A stretch of DNA of 29,527 nucleotides from Prochlorococcus sp. AG-679-M23 (GCA_003208875.1 QCUR01000009.1:1-29527), one strand, 5' to 3'. Shown: positions 20,297 to 29,059, counted from the first letter of the stretch. Numbers and translations: made by a program. The notes: generated by a model not told the origin, from the letters alone.

Positions 20297-20760
20297 TATC
20301 GATCAAAGCGTTGTTTTACGCGAGTAGCTTTTCCTACTCTATCTCGTAGATAGAATAGCTTAGCTCTTCTCACTTTACCTCTACGTTCTACTTTTAGAGA
20401 GGCAACTTGAGGACTATGTAGCATAAATACTCTTTCCACTCCAATACCTTGAAAAATCCTTCTTACTGTAATGGTCTGATTCAGCCCACCATGTCTCTTA
20501 GCAATCACGACTCCTTCGTAAGGCTGAACCCTTTCTTTGTTACCTTCTGTAATTTTTACTCCAACTTTAACCGTATCTCCAACATATATTTCGGGCAATT
20601 GTTTTTTTAATTGCTCTCTTTCAAATTCCTTGATTAAGGTTGATGAACTTAAATTTGTTTTAGCAATTAGCTCTTTACCTTGATTCTCAACAGTCAATTC
20701 TGTGGTAGTGTCAGTTTCATTAATGATTTTTGACTCATTTTCTTGTTTCTCTTTTGCCAT
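20296..20760 (-). CDS. rplS: 50S ribosomal protein bL19, N-terminally extended
   Basis: [33 protein letters not shown] and [12 protein letters not shown] motifs. Confidence 0.98.
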
Positions 20761-20792
20761 TTTATGCTCAATAATTCTGCAAGAATCTTATT

Positions 20793-21101
20793 TTAACCTT
20801 TCGACTCGCCTTTAGTAACCTTTTTAGGAAATGAAATTTTTTTTGAAAACATTTGAAACCCAGTTATTAGCATCCAAATAAGTCCTAAAGAATTCAAGAT
20901 TACGTAGATTAGTTCTCCATTATCTCCAAGCCACTCACCTTCGTGTAGAGACATTAACCAGTGAACTTCATCTCTTGAGTAGCCTAATAAATCTTTACAG
21001 ATCCTATAGAATGTACCTGTTAAAGCTGAAATGAATAATGGGAGGAAAACCCAAGGTGCCAAAGATTTATGAAATTGCCTAGAATTAGTAATAAACTTCA
21101 T
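20793..21101 (-). CDS. Small membrane protein, PepSY-associated TM-helix-like
   Basis: RQFHKSLA...LTG followed by LMSLHEG and a second TM ending ITG, which is the PepSY_TM-type His pattern. Confidence 0.7.
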   Translation of the reverse strand: MKFITNSRQFHKSLAPWVFLPLFISALTGTFYRICKDLLGYSRDEVHWLMSLHEGEWLGDNGELIYVILNSLGLIWMLITGFQMFSKKISFPKKVTKGESKG

Positions 21102-21189
21102 TTTCTGTTTTTCTTACTGTTAGATTTGAGGTGGCCATGCAGATTATGGCTATTTCGATCATATTTACCTAATACTATTATTTATTCCA

Positions 21190-22029
21190 ATGAAACATTT
21201 TGCAGATCTTTTATTAAATAAAAATAATTCTAAATCCAATGATCAAGTTCCTTTTATCCAAAGAAGAAGAGGAATCGAAATAAAGTCTTCAAGGGAAATA
21301 AATTTGATGAAGAAATCGAGTAGGATTGTTGGAACAGTGTTGAGAGAAATAAATGACCTCATAAAACCAGGAATGAGTACAAAAGATTTGGATGATTTTG
21401 CGGAAAAGAGGATAAGAGAGATGGGTGCTGTGCCAAGTTTTAAGGGTTATCATGGATTCCCATCAAGTATTTGTTCAAGTATTAATAATGAAGTTGTTCA
21501 TGGTATACCAAACAAAAATAAAATAATTAATGATGGGGATCTTGTTAAAATTGATACTGGGGCTTATCTAGATGGCTTTCATGGAGATAGTTGTATATCT
21601 ATTTGTGTAGGTGAAGTAAGTCAGCAAGCCCAAAAACTTAGTGATGTAGCCCTCAAAGCGTTGTTTGCCGGACTTTCGAAAATTAAATCAGGAAATACTC
21701 TGCTTGATATCGCAGGTGCAATTGAAGATATCGTAAAATCCAATGGATTCAGTGTAGTTGAGGACTATACCGGTCACGGCGTAGGTCGAAACCTGCATGA
21801 AGAACCATCTGTTTTTAATTTCCGAACTAACGAATTACCTAATGTTGTTCTTCGTGAAGGTATGACATTAGCTGTAGAACCTATTGTTAATCAAGGCACT
21901 AAATATTGTAAAACTTTAAATGATAAATGGACAGTAATAACAAAAGATGGAAATTTATCAGCACAATGGGAACATACAATCGTTGTAATGAAAGATGGTA
22001 TAGAAATTTTGACAGACAGAGATTTTTAG
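21190..22029 (+). CDS. map: Methionine aminopeptidase type I
   Basis: SINNEVVHGIP, KIDTG, HGDSC, GHGVGRNLHEEP, AVEP and SAQWEHT motifs. Confidence 0.97.
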   Translation: MKHFADLLLNKNNSKSNDQVPFIQRRRGIEIKSSREINLMKKSSRIVGTVLREINDLIKPGMSTKDLDDFAEKRIREMGAVPSFKGYHGFPSSICSSINNEVVHGIPNKNKIINDGDLVKIDTGAYLDGFHGDSCISICVGEVSQQAQKLSDVALKALFAGLSKIKSGNTLLDIAGAIEDIVKSNGFSVVEDYTGHGVGRNLHEEPSVFNFRTNELPNVVLREGMTLAVEPIVNQGTKYCKTLNDKWTVITKDGNLSAQWEHTIVVMKDGIEILTDRDF

Positions 22030-22739
22030 TTACTAATCTTAGATATTTTTAAAAATTTACAATATAAAAAAAAATATAACTCTCTAATGGGAAACAGAAT
22101 GTAGGAAAGAGGGTTAGGACTAATGATTATTAAAAAAAAATTTAAATTCGCAAAATTATAAATGTTATTGGATACAAATTCTGCACTCATAATTCCAATA
22201 GGGTTTAATTCTGACTTGAAAGGACCTAAGATAATTTTTTTAATTTTTAATTTTTTTTCCTCATGATTGTCTAGTAGGTTTTTTTTAAAGGAAACTAGTT
22301 GACCGATAAGCGATTTACTTATTTCGTAGGAGGGATTTAAAGCTGGCAATATTTCTGCTTCTGAGGTATTTATCCAAATTTCCTTTGCAATTGATGAGTT
22401 GTTTTTGAAAGCAATTTCTTCAAATAAATTTAGAAATTTTAATTTACTTAAAGCATTTATTTCTATTGAATTTTCATAAGTTGAATTTTCTTTACTTATA
22501 TCGTAGATTCCATGATTCAAAATTAAGATATCAATTTTTTTTAGATGCTTCTTTAATAAGAATTCTTTCCCACATTGCCATTCAATCCATTCATTGGGAG
22601 AGTCGTTGTTTATTTCGAAATTATTTTTACTATGAGTAAATCCTATAACTTTATATCCTTTCCCCCGAAATTTTTTTGTTAATTCTTTCCCTAATGCTCC
22701 TGATGCGCCTGTAATTCCAATAGTTTTTAATTCCCTCAT
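22026..22739 (-). CDS. Short-chain dehydrogenase/reductase family protein
   Basis: ITGASGALG, LNHG, NTSEAE, the YEISK (YxxxK) motif and LGPFKS. Confidence 0.85.
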   Translation of the reverse strand: MRELKTIGITGASGALGKELTKKFRGKGYKVIGFTHSKNNFEINNDSPNEWIEWQCGKEFLLKKHLKKIDILILNHGIYDISKENSTYENSIEINALSKLKFLNLFEEIAFKNNSSIAKEIWINTSEAEILPALNPSYEISKSLIGQLVSFKKNLLDNHEEKKLKIKKIILGPFKSELNPIGIMSAEFVSNNIYNFANLNFFLIIISPNPLSYILFPIRELYFFLYCKFLKISKISN

Positions 22740-22903
22740 TATTTAATTGAATTTTGTAAGGCTCTTTTCATAGATCCAAATAATATATTATTTTACTTCG
22801 CACTATGTTTTTTAATTTATTTGATTAAAAGTATTAAATAAATAATTGTATAGTTCTTAAAAAAATATTATCTTAAATCTATGAATAAATTAATTCGTTC
22901 ATT

Positions 22904-24013
22904 ATGAGTCAAATATTGTTAATTGGTTCCTGTGAGCCATTTAGTGGTAAGTCAGCATTAGTACTGGGAATATCAAAAAAACTTTTAGAACAAGGAAAAA
23001 AAATACGTGTAGGAAAACCATTAGCAACTTGTATTGAACTTACTAATCTTCCTTCAATGACTTATGAAGGACTAATAGATGATGACGTTAAATTTATAGG
23101 TACTACATTAAATCTTGCAGAAGAAAACTTAATTCCTTCAGTAGGATTATTAGATAATATATCTGCTGAGAAAAGAATTACGCATAAAGACTTAAATCCA
23201 GGTAAAGGGTTTGAACAAATAGAGGCATTAGTAAATGACGATTTTGATGGGTTAAATATTCTTGAAGCTGCAGGTAGCCTCAATGAAGGAATGATTTATG
23301 GTTTGAGTCTTCCACAACTTGCAAAACATTTAAACGCAAAAGTCCTTATTGTTAATCTATGGGAGGATAGTAAAAGTGTAGATGCTTTACTAGACGCAAA
23401 AAAACAATTAGGAGATCATCTCGCAGGAGTCATATTGAATGCGGTTGTTCCTGAACAAGTTGAAAAAATAAAAAATAAAATAATACCTTCTCTCCAAGAG
23501 ATGAACATAAAAGTATTTGGGGTGATGCCCAAATCTCCTTTACTAAGAAGTGTAACTGTTGGGGAACTTATAAGAAGGTTAGATGCAAAAGTAATTTGCT
23601 GTCCTGAAAAAGAAGAATTACTCGTTGAAACATTAAGTATTGGTGCTATGGGAGTCAATTCTGCGATGGAATTTTTTAGAAGAAGGAGAAATATGGCTGT
23701 CGTAACAGGAGCCGAAAGAACTGATATTCAACTTGCAGCTTTAGAAGCGTCTACCCAATGTTTAATTCTTACTGGTTTGGGTGAACCTCTATTACAACTG
23801 ATCCATAGAGCGGAAGAGTTAGAAGTGCCAATTTTAAAAGTAGACTTAGATACTCTTGCTTCAGTGGAAATTATTGAACAAGCTTTTGGACATGTCAGGA
23901 TACATGAATCAATAAAGGCATCATATGCTGTGCAATTAGTTCAAGAGCATGTAAATCTAAAAAATATACTTGAATCTATAGATTTCCCCTGCAATTTTTC
24001 AGATAAATGCTAA
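22904..24013 (+). CDS. Phosphotransacetylase N-terminal-like protein (BioD-like P-loop plus DRTGG domain, no PTA catalytic domain)
   Basis: EPFSGKS P-loop, GKP, ILEAAG, GVILN, IGAM and VVTGAERTDI motifs. The protein ends at 369 aa. Confidence 0.85.
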   Translation: MSQILLIGSCEPFSGKSALVLGISKKLLEQGKKIRVGKPLATCIELTNLPSMTYEGLIDDDVKFIGTTLNLAEENLIPSVGLLDNISAEKRITHKDLNPGKGFEQIEALVNDDFDGLNILEAAGSLNEGMIYGLSLPQLAKHLNAKVLIVNLWEDSKSVDALLDAKKQLGDHLAGVILNAVVPEQVEKIKNKIIPSLQEMNIKVFGVMPKSPLLRSVTVGELIRRLDAKVICCPEKEELLVETLSIGAMGVNSAMEFFRRRRNMAVVTGAERTDIQLAALEASTQCLILTGLGEPLLQLIHRAEELEVPILKVDLDTLASVEIIEQAFGHVRIHESIKASYAVQLVQEHVNLKNILESIDFPCNFSDKC

Positions 24014-24038
24014 TTTCAAATGTAGTAACCGTTTTATT

Positions 24039-24551
24039 TTGAGTCGCTCTTTAGACCTACCCTCAACAGAAGGGGTTGATACCTTAGCTCAGGAACTTGC
24101 AAAACTTCAGGATAACGGGAAAAGAAGTATTGCTTTTTTGGGTAGTAGACATGTACCTGTAGTTGACATTCACCTGATCGAACTAATCGCAAGATCATTA
24201 GCGGAAGAAGGGCATACTATCCTTACCTCAGGATCTCAGGGAGTTAATGCCGCAGTAATAAGAGCTGTTTTAGGTATTAACCCCTCTTTGCTGACTGTTC
24301 TTTTACCACAAAGCCTAGATAAACAATTACCTGAAATTAAAAACCAACTAGAGAGCGTTATTCATTTGGTTGAGAAAAGCGAAAATGATGAGTTGCCTTT
24401 GCCAATGGCAAGTAGTCTTTGTAATCAGGAAATTATTAGTAGATGTGATCAATTAATTTGCTTCGCTTTTCACGATAGTGAAACTTTATTAAATAGTTGT
24501 AGATGTGCGGAAGAAATGGGTAAGGTTGTTAGTTTGTTATTTTTTGATTAA
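24039..24551 (+). CDS. Stand-alone SLOG-superfamily (DprA/Smf-like Rossmann) domain protein
   Basis: IAFLGSR, TSGSQGVNAAVIRA, VLLPQ and CNQEIISRCD mirror DprA-type IVGSR, SGxAxGVD and RNxxI motifs. TTG start. Confidence 0.75.
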   Translation: MSRSLDLPSTEGVDTLAQELAKLQDNGKRSIAFLGSRHVPVVDIHLIELIARSLAEEGHTILTSGSQGVNAAVIRAVLGINPSLLTVLLPQSLDKQLPEIKNQLESVIHLVEKSENDELPLPMASSLCNQEIISRCDQLICFAFHDSETLLNSCRCAEEMGKVVSLLFFD

Positions 24552-24618
24552 ATTAACTCCTTTTATTTTTTTTTAAGTTTATTTGGGGTGATAATTAAAT
24601 TAATTTAAAATTTAAGTA

Positions 24619-25116
24619 ATGGCAGAAAATTTTTCATTTGATGTGGTTTCTGATTTTGATAGACAAGAATTAGTCAATGCTTTGGATCAAGTGAAGAGAG
24701 AGATTTCACAAAGATATGATCTTAAAGGAACAGATACCTCCTTGGATTTAGAAAAAGACAACATTTTTATAACTACAAATAGTGAATTAACTCTAAATTC
24801 AGTTATTGATATTATTAGACAAAAGGCAATAAAAAGAAAACTCTCTATAAAAATTTTCGATTTCAATAGTATTGAAGTAGTAAGCGGAAATAAAGTAAAG
24901 CAAACCATTACTTTAAAGAAAGGACTTAATCCGGAAATTGCAAAAAAAATTAGTAAAAGTATTAGAGATGAAATTAAAAAGATTAATGTAAGCATTAATG
25001 GAGAAACATTAAGAGTAATGAGCAAAAGCAAGAATGATCTTCAATTGGCAATTAAGTTACTTGAGAATTTGGAGGAGACATATAAAATTCCTCTGCAAAC
25101 TAATAATTATCGATAA
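24619..25116 (+). CDS. yajQ: YajQ-family nucleotide-binding protein
   Basis: SFDVVSDFDRQELVNALDQ, RYDLKG, INGETLRV, SKNDLQ and NYR C-terminus. Confidence 0.94.
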   Translation: MAENFSFDVVSDFDRQELVNALDQVKREISQRYDLKGTDTSLDLEKDNIFITTNSELTLNSVIDIIRQKAIKRKLSIKIFDFNSIEVVSGNKVKQTITLKKGLNPEIAKKISKSIRDEIKKINVSINGETLRVMSKSKNDLQLAIKLLENLEETYKIPLQTNNYR

Positions 25117-25140
25117 GATATTAATAATTAAGGCCTTATA

Positions 25141-25344
25141 ATGACTGGTTATTCAAAATCTCTTCTTGATTCATTGTGCGTAAAAATAAAAGATTATCCA
25201 CGTTTTTCATTAACAGAAATTGAGAAATTTTGTTGGATGGCTGCCCATGAGCATAAGCATGGAGTCTTACCTTCTGAATACGATATAAGAGAAATAGATG
25301 AGGATCTTTATTTACAATTATTGCAGAAATTTAAAGCAATGTAA
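25141..25344 (+). CDS. Small hypothetical protein (67 aa) with an HEHKH motif
   Basis: ATG ORF 24 bp after yajQ in the same orientation, with protein-like composition. Confidence 0.75.
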   Translation: MTGYSKSLLDSLCVKIKDYPRFSLTEIEKFCWMAAHEHKHGVLPSEYDIREIDEDLYLQLLQKFKAM

Positions 25345-25461
25345 TTTATAAAATTCATTTGTTAATTACGTAAACTAATTATTAAAAAAATATTTTAATT
25401 AAATACTTAATCAATGCATTAATTAATTTCTTTAAATATAATTAACAAAAAACATATTTAA

Positions 25462-26268
25462 ATGTCAACATCTTTCAAAAACGTAACTCCAACTGGTCCA
25501 GGAGGAACAGCTACGTTACTAATTGTTTTATCTTTTACCGGATTTCTTTTGCTCACTCAATCTTTATTTGTAGTGCCTTCTGGACAAGTAGCTGTAGTGA
25601 CTACTTTAGGGAAAGTAAGTGGTGGTTCAAGAAGAGCAGGATTAAACTTTAAAGTCCCCTTCGTTCAGTCGGTTTTTCCCTTTGATATAAAAACTCAAGT
25701 TCAACCTGAGAAATTTGAAACCTTAACAAAAGATCTTCAAGTTATTAGAGCAACAGCTACTGTCAAATATTCTGTTAAGCCAGATGAAGCAGGTAGAATT
25801 TTTGCCACAATTGCTAGTAGAAATAGTGATGTTTATCAAAAGATAGTTCAGCCTTCTTTACTTAAAGCTCTAAAATCTGTTTTCTCTCAATACGAATTAG
25901 AAACAATAGCAACTGAATTTAATGTTATTTCTGAAAAAGTCGCTTCTACTGTGGCTGAGGAATTAAATTCTTTTGATTACGTAGATGTTAAAAGCTTGGA
26001 CCTTACTGGATTAGAAATTGCTGAGGAATATAGAGCAGCAATTGAACAGAAACAAATTGCAGGACAGCTACTTTTAAGAGCAAAAACAGAAGTTGAAATT
26101 GCTGGACAAGAAGCTCTAAGATACGAAACTTTAAACAAAGGCTTAAATGATCAAGTCCTCTTTAAACTATTTTTAGATAAATGGGATGGAAGTACTCAAG
26201 TGGTTCCTGGCCTTCCTGGCACTAGCGGATCAATGCCCCCAGTTATCGTAGGCGGACAAAATAGATAA
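25462..26268 (+). CDS. SPFH/band-7 prohibitin-like membrane protein
   Basis: N-terminal TM, VVPSGQVAV, GLNFKVPFVQ, TKDLQ, AAIEQKQIA and KWDG motifs. Confidence 0.92.
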   Translation: MSTSFKNVTPTGPGGTATLLIVLSFTGFLLLTQSLFVVPSGQVAVVTTLGKVSGGSRRAGLNFKVPFVQSVFPFDIKTQVQPEKFETLTKDLQVIRATATVKYSVKPDEAGRIFATIASRNSDVYQKIVQPSLLKALKSVFSQYELETIATEFNVISEKVASTVAEELNSFDYVDVKSLDLTGLEIAEEYRAAIEQKQIAGQLLLRAKTEVEIAGQEALRYETLNKGLNDQVLFKLFLDKWDGSTQVVPGLPGTSGSMPPVIVGGQNR

Positions 26269-26270
26269 TA

Positions 26271-27572
26271 TTAGTTTTTTATGACGCTAAATGATTGATC
26301 GAATGCTTCTAGTGTTCGATCAATTTCTTCTTCACTATGAGCTAATGAAGTAAATCCAGCTTCAAAAGGACTTGGAGCTAAGTAAACGCCTCTTTTGAGC
26401 ATTTCCCTATGGAGTTTGCCAAAGAGTTCTGAATTATTTGTTTTAGCTTCTTCGAAATTTCTTACCGGTCCCTCGCATAAGAAAAATCCGAACATCGCAC
26501 TTACGCTCCCACCATTTATTGTAATACCATTATTTTCAGCAGATTGAATAATACCCTCAATTAACCTAGACGTTGTTGACTCAAGTTTTTCGTACGTACC
26601 TTCTTGTTTAAGTAACTCAAGAGTTTTAATACCTGCTGTCATTGCTAGAGGATTTCCACTTAAAGTCCCAGCTTGATATACAGGTCCAGATGGCGCGACC
26701 ATTGACATTATTTCTTTTTTCCCTCCATACGCTCCTACAGGTAAGCCTCCCCCAATCACTTTACCGAGAGTTGTTAAATCAGGGGTAACTCCAAATTTTT
26801 CTTGAGCTCCTCCGTAGCTAATTCTGAAACCAGTCATCACTTCATCAAAAACTAGTAAAGAACCATTTTCAGTTGTTAACTCTCTCAATCCCTCAAGAAA
26901 ACCAGGTTCAGGAGTAATAAATCCGGCATTACCTACTATAGGCTCAAGAATTACTCCTGATATTGCATCAGGATTCTCAGAAAATAATTTTTTTACAGCT
27001 TCAAGATCGTTGTAAGGAGCGGTTAGAGTATTTGCTGTTGTAGTTCTTGGAACTCCTGGGGAATCTGGTAAGCCTAAAGTAGCTACTCCGGAACCAGCTT
27101 TTACCAAAAACATATCAGCATGACCGTGATAGCACCCATCAAATTTTATTACTTTATCTCTTCCTGTAAAGGCTCTCATTAGCCTTAAAACTGCCATACA
27201 TGCTTCAGTGCCACTGTTTACAAATCTAACCATCTCAACCGATGGAACAGCATCTATTACCATTTCTGCAAGTTTATTCTCTAATACACAAGGTGCTCCA
27301 AAACTAGTACCTTTTTCAATTGCTTCTTGCAATGCTGTGATCACTTCTGGATGGGCGTGTCCACAAATAGCCGGACCCCAACTACCTATGTAATCAATAT
27401 ACCTATTCCCGTCAACATCCCAAGCATAGGGGCCTTTTACTCTATCAAAAACAATTGGCTGACCACCAACAGACTTAAATGCTCTTACTGGGGAACTAAC
27501 CCCTCCTGGCATTAATTCTAGAGCTGAAGAGAAAACTTCTTCAGAATGAGTAGTTTTTAATATGTCAGTCAA
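26271..27572 (-). CDS. hemL: Glutamate-1-semialdehyde 2,1-aminomutase
   Basis: [41 protein letters not shown] and QAGTLSGNP motifs. TTG start. Confidence 0.98.
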   Translation of the reverse strand: MTDILKTTHSEEVFSSALELMPGGVSSPVRAFKSVGGQPIVFDRVKGPYAWDVDGNRYIDYIGSWGPAICGHAHPEVITALQEAIEKGTSFGAPCVLENKLAEMVIDAVPSVEMVRFVNSGTEACMAVLRLMRAFTGRDKVIKFDGCYHGHADMFLVKAGSGVATLGLPDSPGVPRTTTANTLTAPYNDLEAVKKLFSENPDAISGVILEPIVGNAGFITPEPGFLEGLRELTTENGSLLVFDEVMTGFRISYGGAQEKFGVTPDLTTLGKVIGGGLPVGAYGGKKEIMSMVAPSGPVYQAGTLSGNPLAMTAGIKTLELLKQEGTYEKLESTTSRLIEGIIQSAENNGITINGGSVSAMFGFFLCEGPVRNFEEAKTNNSELFGKLHREMLKRGVYLAPSPFEAGFTSLAHSEEEIDRTLEAFDQSFSVIKN

Positions 27573-27614
27573 AATTTAAATGAATGTAGTTTTGAGAAAT
27601 TTTAATTATGTTCT

Positions 27615-27643
27615 AACTTAGAAATAAGTAAAAATTTTGTCAA
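27615..27643 (-). promoter_or_regulatory. Sigma70-type promoter for hemL
   Basis: The minus strand has TTGACA (27638-27643), a 17-nt spacer and TAAGTT (27615-27620), 42 nt upstream of the start codon. Confidence 0.6.
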
Positions 27644-27799
27644 TCAGTTAGAAATTCTACAGCATGATATTTTTACTGCGATAATTTGAAATGTAAATAA
27701 TTATTTTTGAGGAAAATTTGGAATTAATTGAGTTTGTTTCTACATTACTCTCTAATATAAAGCATTTTGAGGTTTATAAAAAATAAAGATCTTATGTAA

Positions 27800-28645
27800 T
27801 TAAATTTCGAAAAGATCATCATCACCATCTAAGTAATCTTCATTTTGATTATCGGTCTCTAGATTAATTAATACTGGAGCATGATCACTAGGTTGTAAAT
27901 TTTCTCTTTGATTCCTCTCTATTACACAACTTTTAAGTTTTGATGAAAGGTTTTTACTGATATAAATATGGTCAATTCTCCAACCTTTATTTAGCTCATA
28001 TGCATTATTACGGTAATCCCACCAACTCCAATGCCCAGTATCCTTCTCAAAGATCCGGAAAGAATCAATAAATCTTCCTTTAAGAACATTATTGAGTGAT
28101 TCTCTCTCAATCTTTGAAGCCATTATTCCCCCTTCGTATTTTTGAGGGTTATGAATATCTATTTCGCTTGGAGCTATATTAAAATCACCTACGAAACAGA
28201 CTAAATCATCATCTTTTACTTGCTCATCTAAAAATGCTGATAAATGATTTAACCATTTAATCTTATAATCGAATTTGTCAGAATCTATTGAAGAACCGTT
28301 TGGCACATAAACATTTATTATTTTAAAACCATTGATATCTGCAGAAATTAACCTTTTTTGCTCATTAATGTCTAAAGAAAATTTCTCCTCTTGATTCTCA
28401 TTAGTAAATCCTTTCTTTACATTTTCAATTTTAAACTTACTTATTATTGCAACCCCATTGTAAGATTTTTGCCCATGAATAATAACTTCATACCCTAATT
28501 CTTCAAAATGCGATGAAGGGAAAGCATCGTCTATAACTTTAGTTTCTTGCAGACAAAGGATATCTGGATTTACCTCCTTTATCCAATTAGTAATTTGAGA
28601 AAGCCTTGTTCTTACAGAATTTACATTCCAAGTTGCTATTAACAA
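27800..28645 (-). CDS. xth: Exodeoxyribonuclease III
   Basis: ATWNVNS, CLQETK, YNGVA, YVPNG, GDFNIA, WWDYR, GWRIDH and SDHAP motifs. TTG start. Confidence 0.96.
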   Translation of the reverse strand: MLIATWNVNSVRTRLSQITNWIKEVNPDILCLQETKVIDDAFPSSHFEELGYEVIIHGQKSYNGVAIISKFKIENVKKGFTNENQEEKFSLDINEQKRLISADINGFKIINVYVPNGSSIDSDKFDYKIKWLNHLSAFLDEQVKDDDLVCFVGDFNIAPSEIDIHNPQKYEGGIMASKIERESLNNVLKGRFIDSFRIFEKDTGHWSWWDYRNNAYELNKGWRIDHIYISKNLSSKLKSCVIERNQRENLQPSDHAPVLINLETDNQNEDYLDGDDDLFEI

Positions 28646-28717
28646 TTTATTACCAAATTATGTAAAATTAAAATAGCAAATAATTTTAAATCTTAAATTA
28701 TTTTGAAATTAAACAAA

Positions 28718-29014
28718 ATGAAATTCAAATTAAATAAAAAGATATCAATATTAGGGAGAATTTGCATTTTATTTGTTTCATTCATAAATATAAAATCAAC
28801 TATGTTGAATGCAGAAGAGTCATACCTAAATGAAATTGAAATTGATAGCTCTACAAAAATTGACACAAACAGTTCAACTTTGCCTACTAACCCATTCGAA
28901 ATAGTTGAGATGCTTAGAAGGGCTAATAGTATGAATGATGCAACTAATCCATCTGATGCTATAGATGATGCATTAAAATCATTTAATAAGGTCGAAGTAA
29001 AAGAAAGCCTTTAA
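28718..29014 (+). CDS. Hypothetical exported or membrane-anchored protein
   Basis: Basic and hydrophobic N-terminus, then the acidic region LPTNPFEIVEMLRRANSMNDATNPSDAIDDAL. The start is ATG 28718 or TTG 28703. Confidence 0.7.
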   Translation: MKFKLNKKISILGRICILFVSFINIKSTMLNAEESYLNEIEIDSSTKIDTNSSTLPTNPFEIVEMLRRANSMNDATNPSDAIDDALKSFNKVEVKESL

Positions 29015-29059
29015 TCCAAGAAATATCTTATTAAAAACATTTCTCAAACATAACTAAAT

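Noticed and set aside
24039..24551. Calling this gene dprA (competence) or a SLOG-type anti-phage defence gene
   Set aside because: It is only 170 aa, lacks DprA accessory domains, and has no TIR, SIR2 or effector neighbour in a core-genome context.
753..27515. Many 60-114 aa ORFs overlapping real genes (e.g. 753..1043, 4978..5322, 12796..13077, 17042..17377, 24687..25031)
   Set aside because: They lie antisense to well-conserved genes and show no independent motifs.
27644..27799. Possible small ORF or sRNA between hemL and xth
   Set aside because: Only very short ORFs were found, with no convincing stem-loop or terminator.
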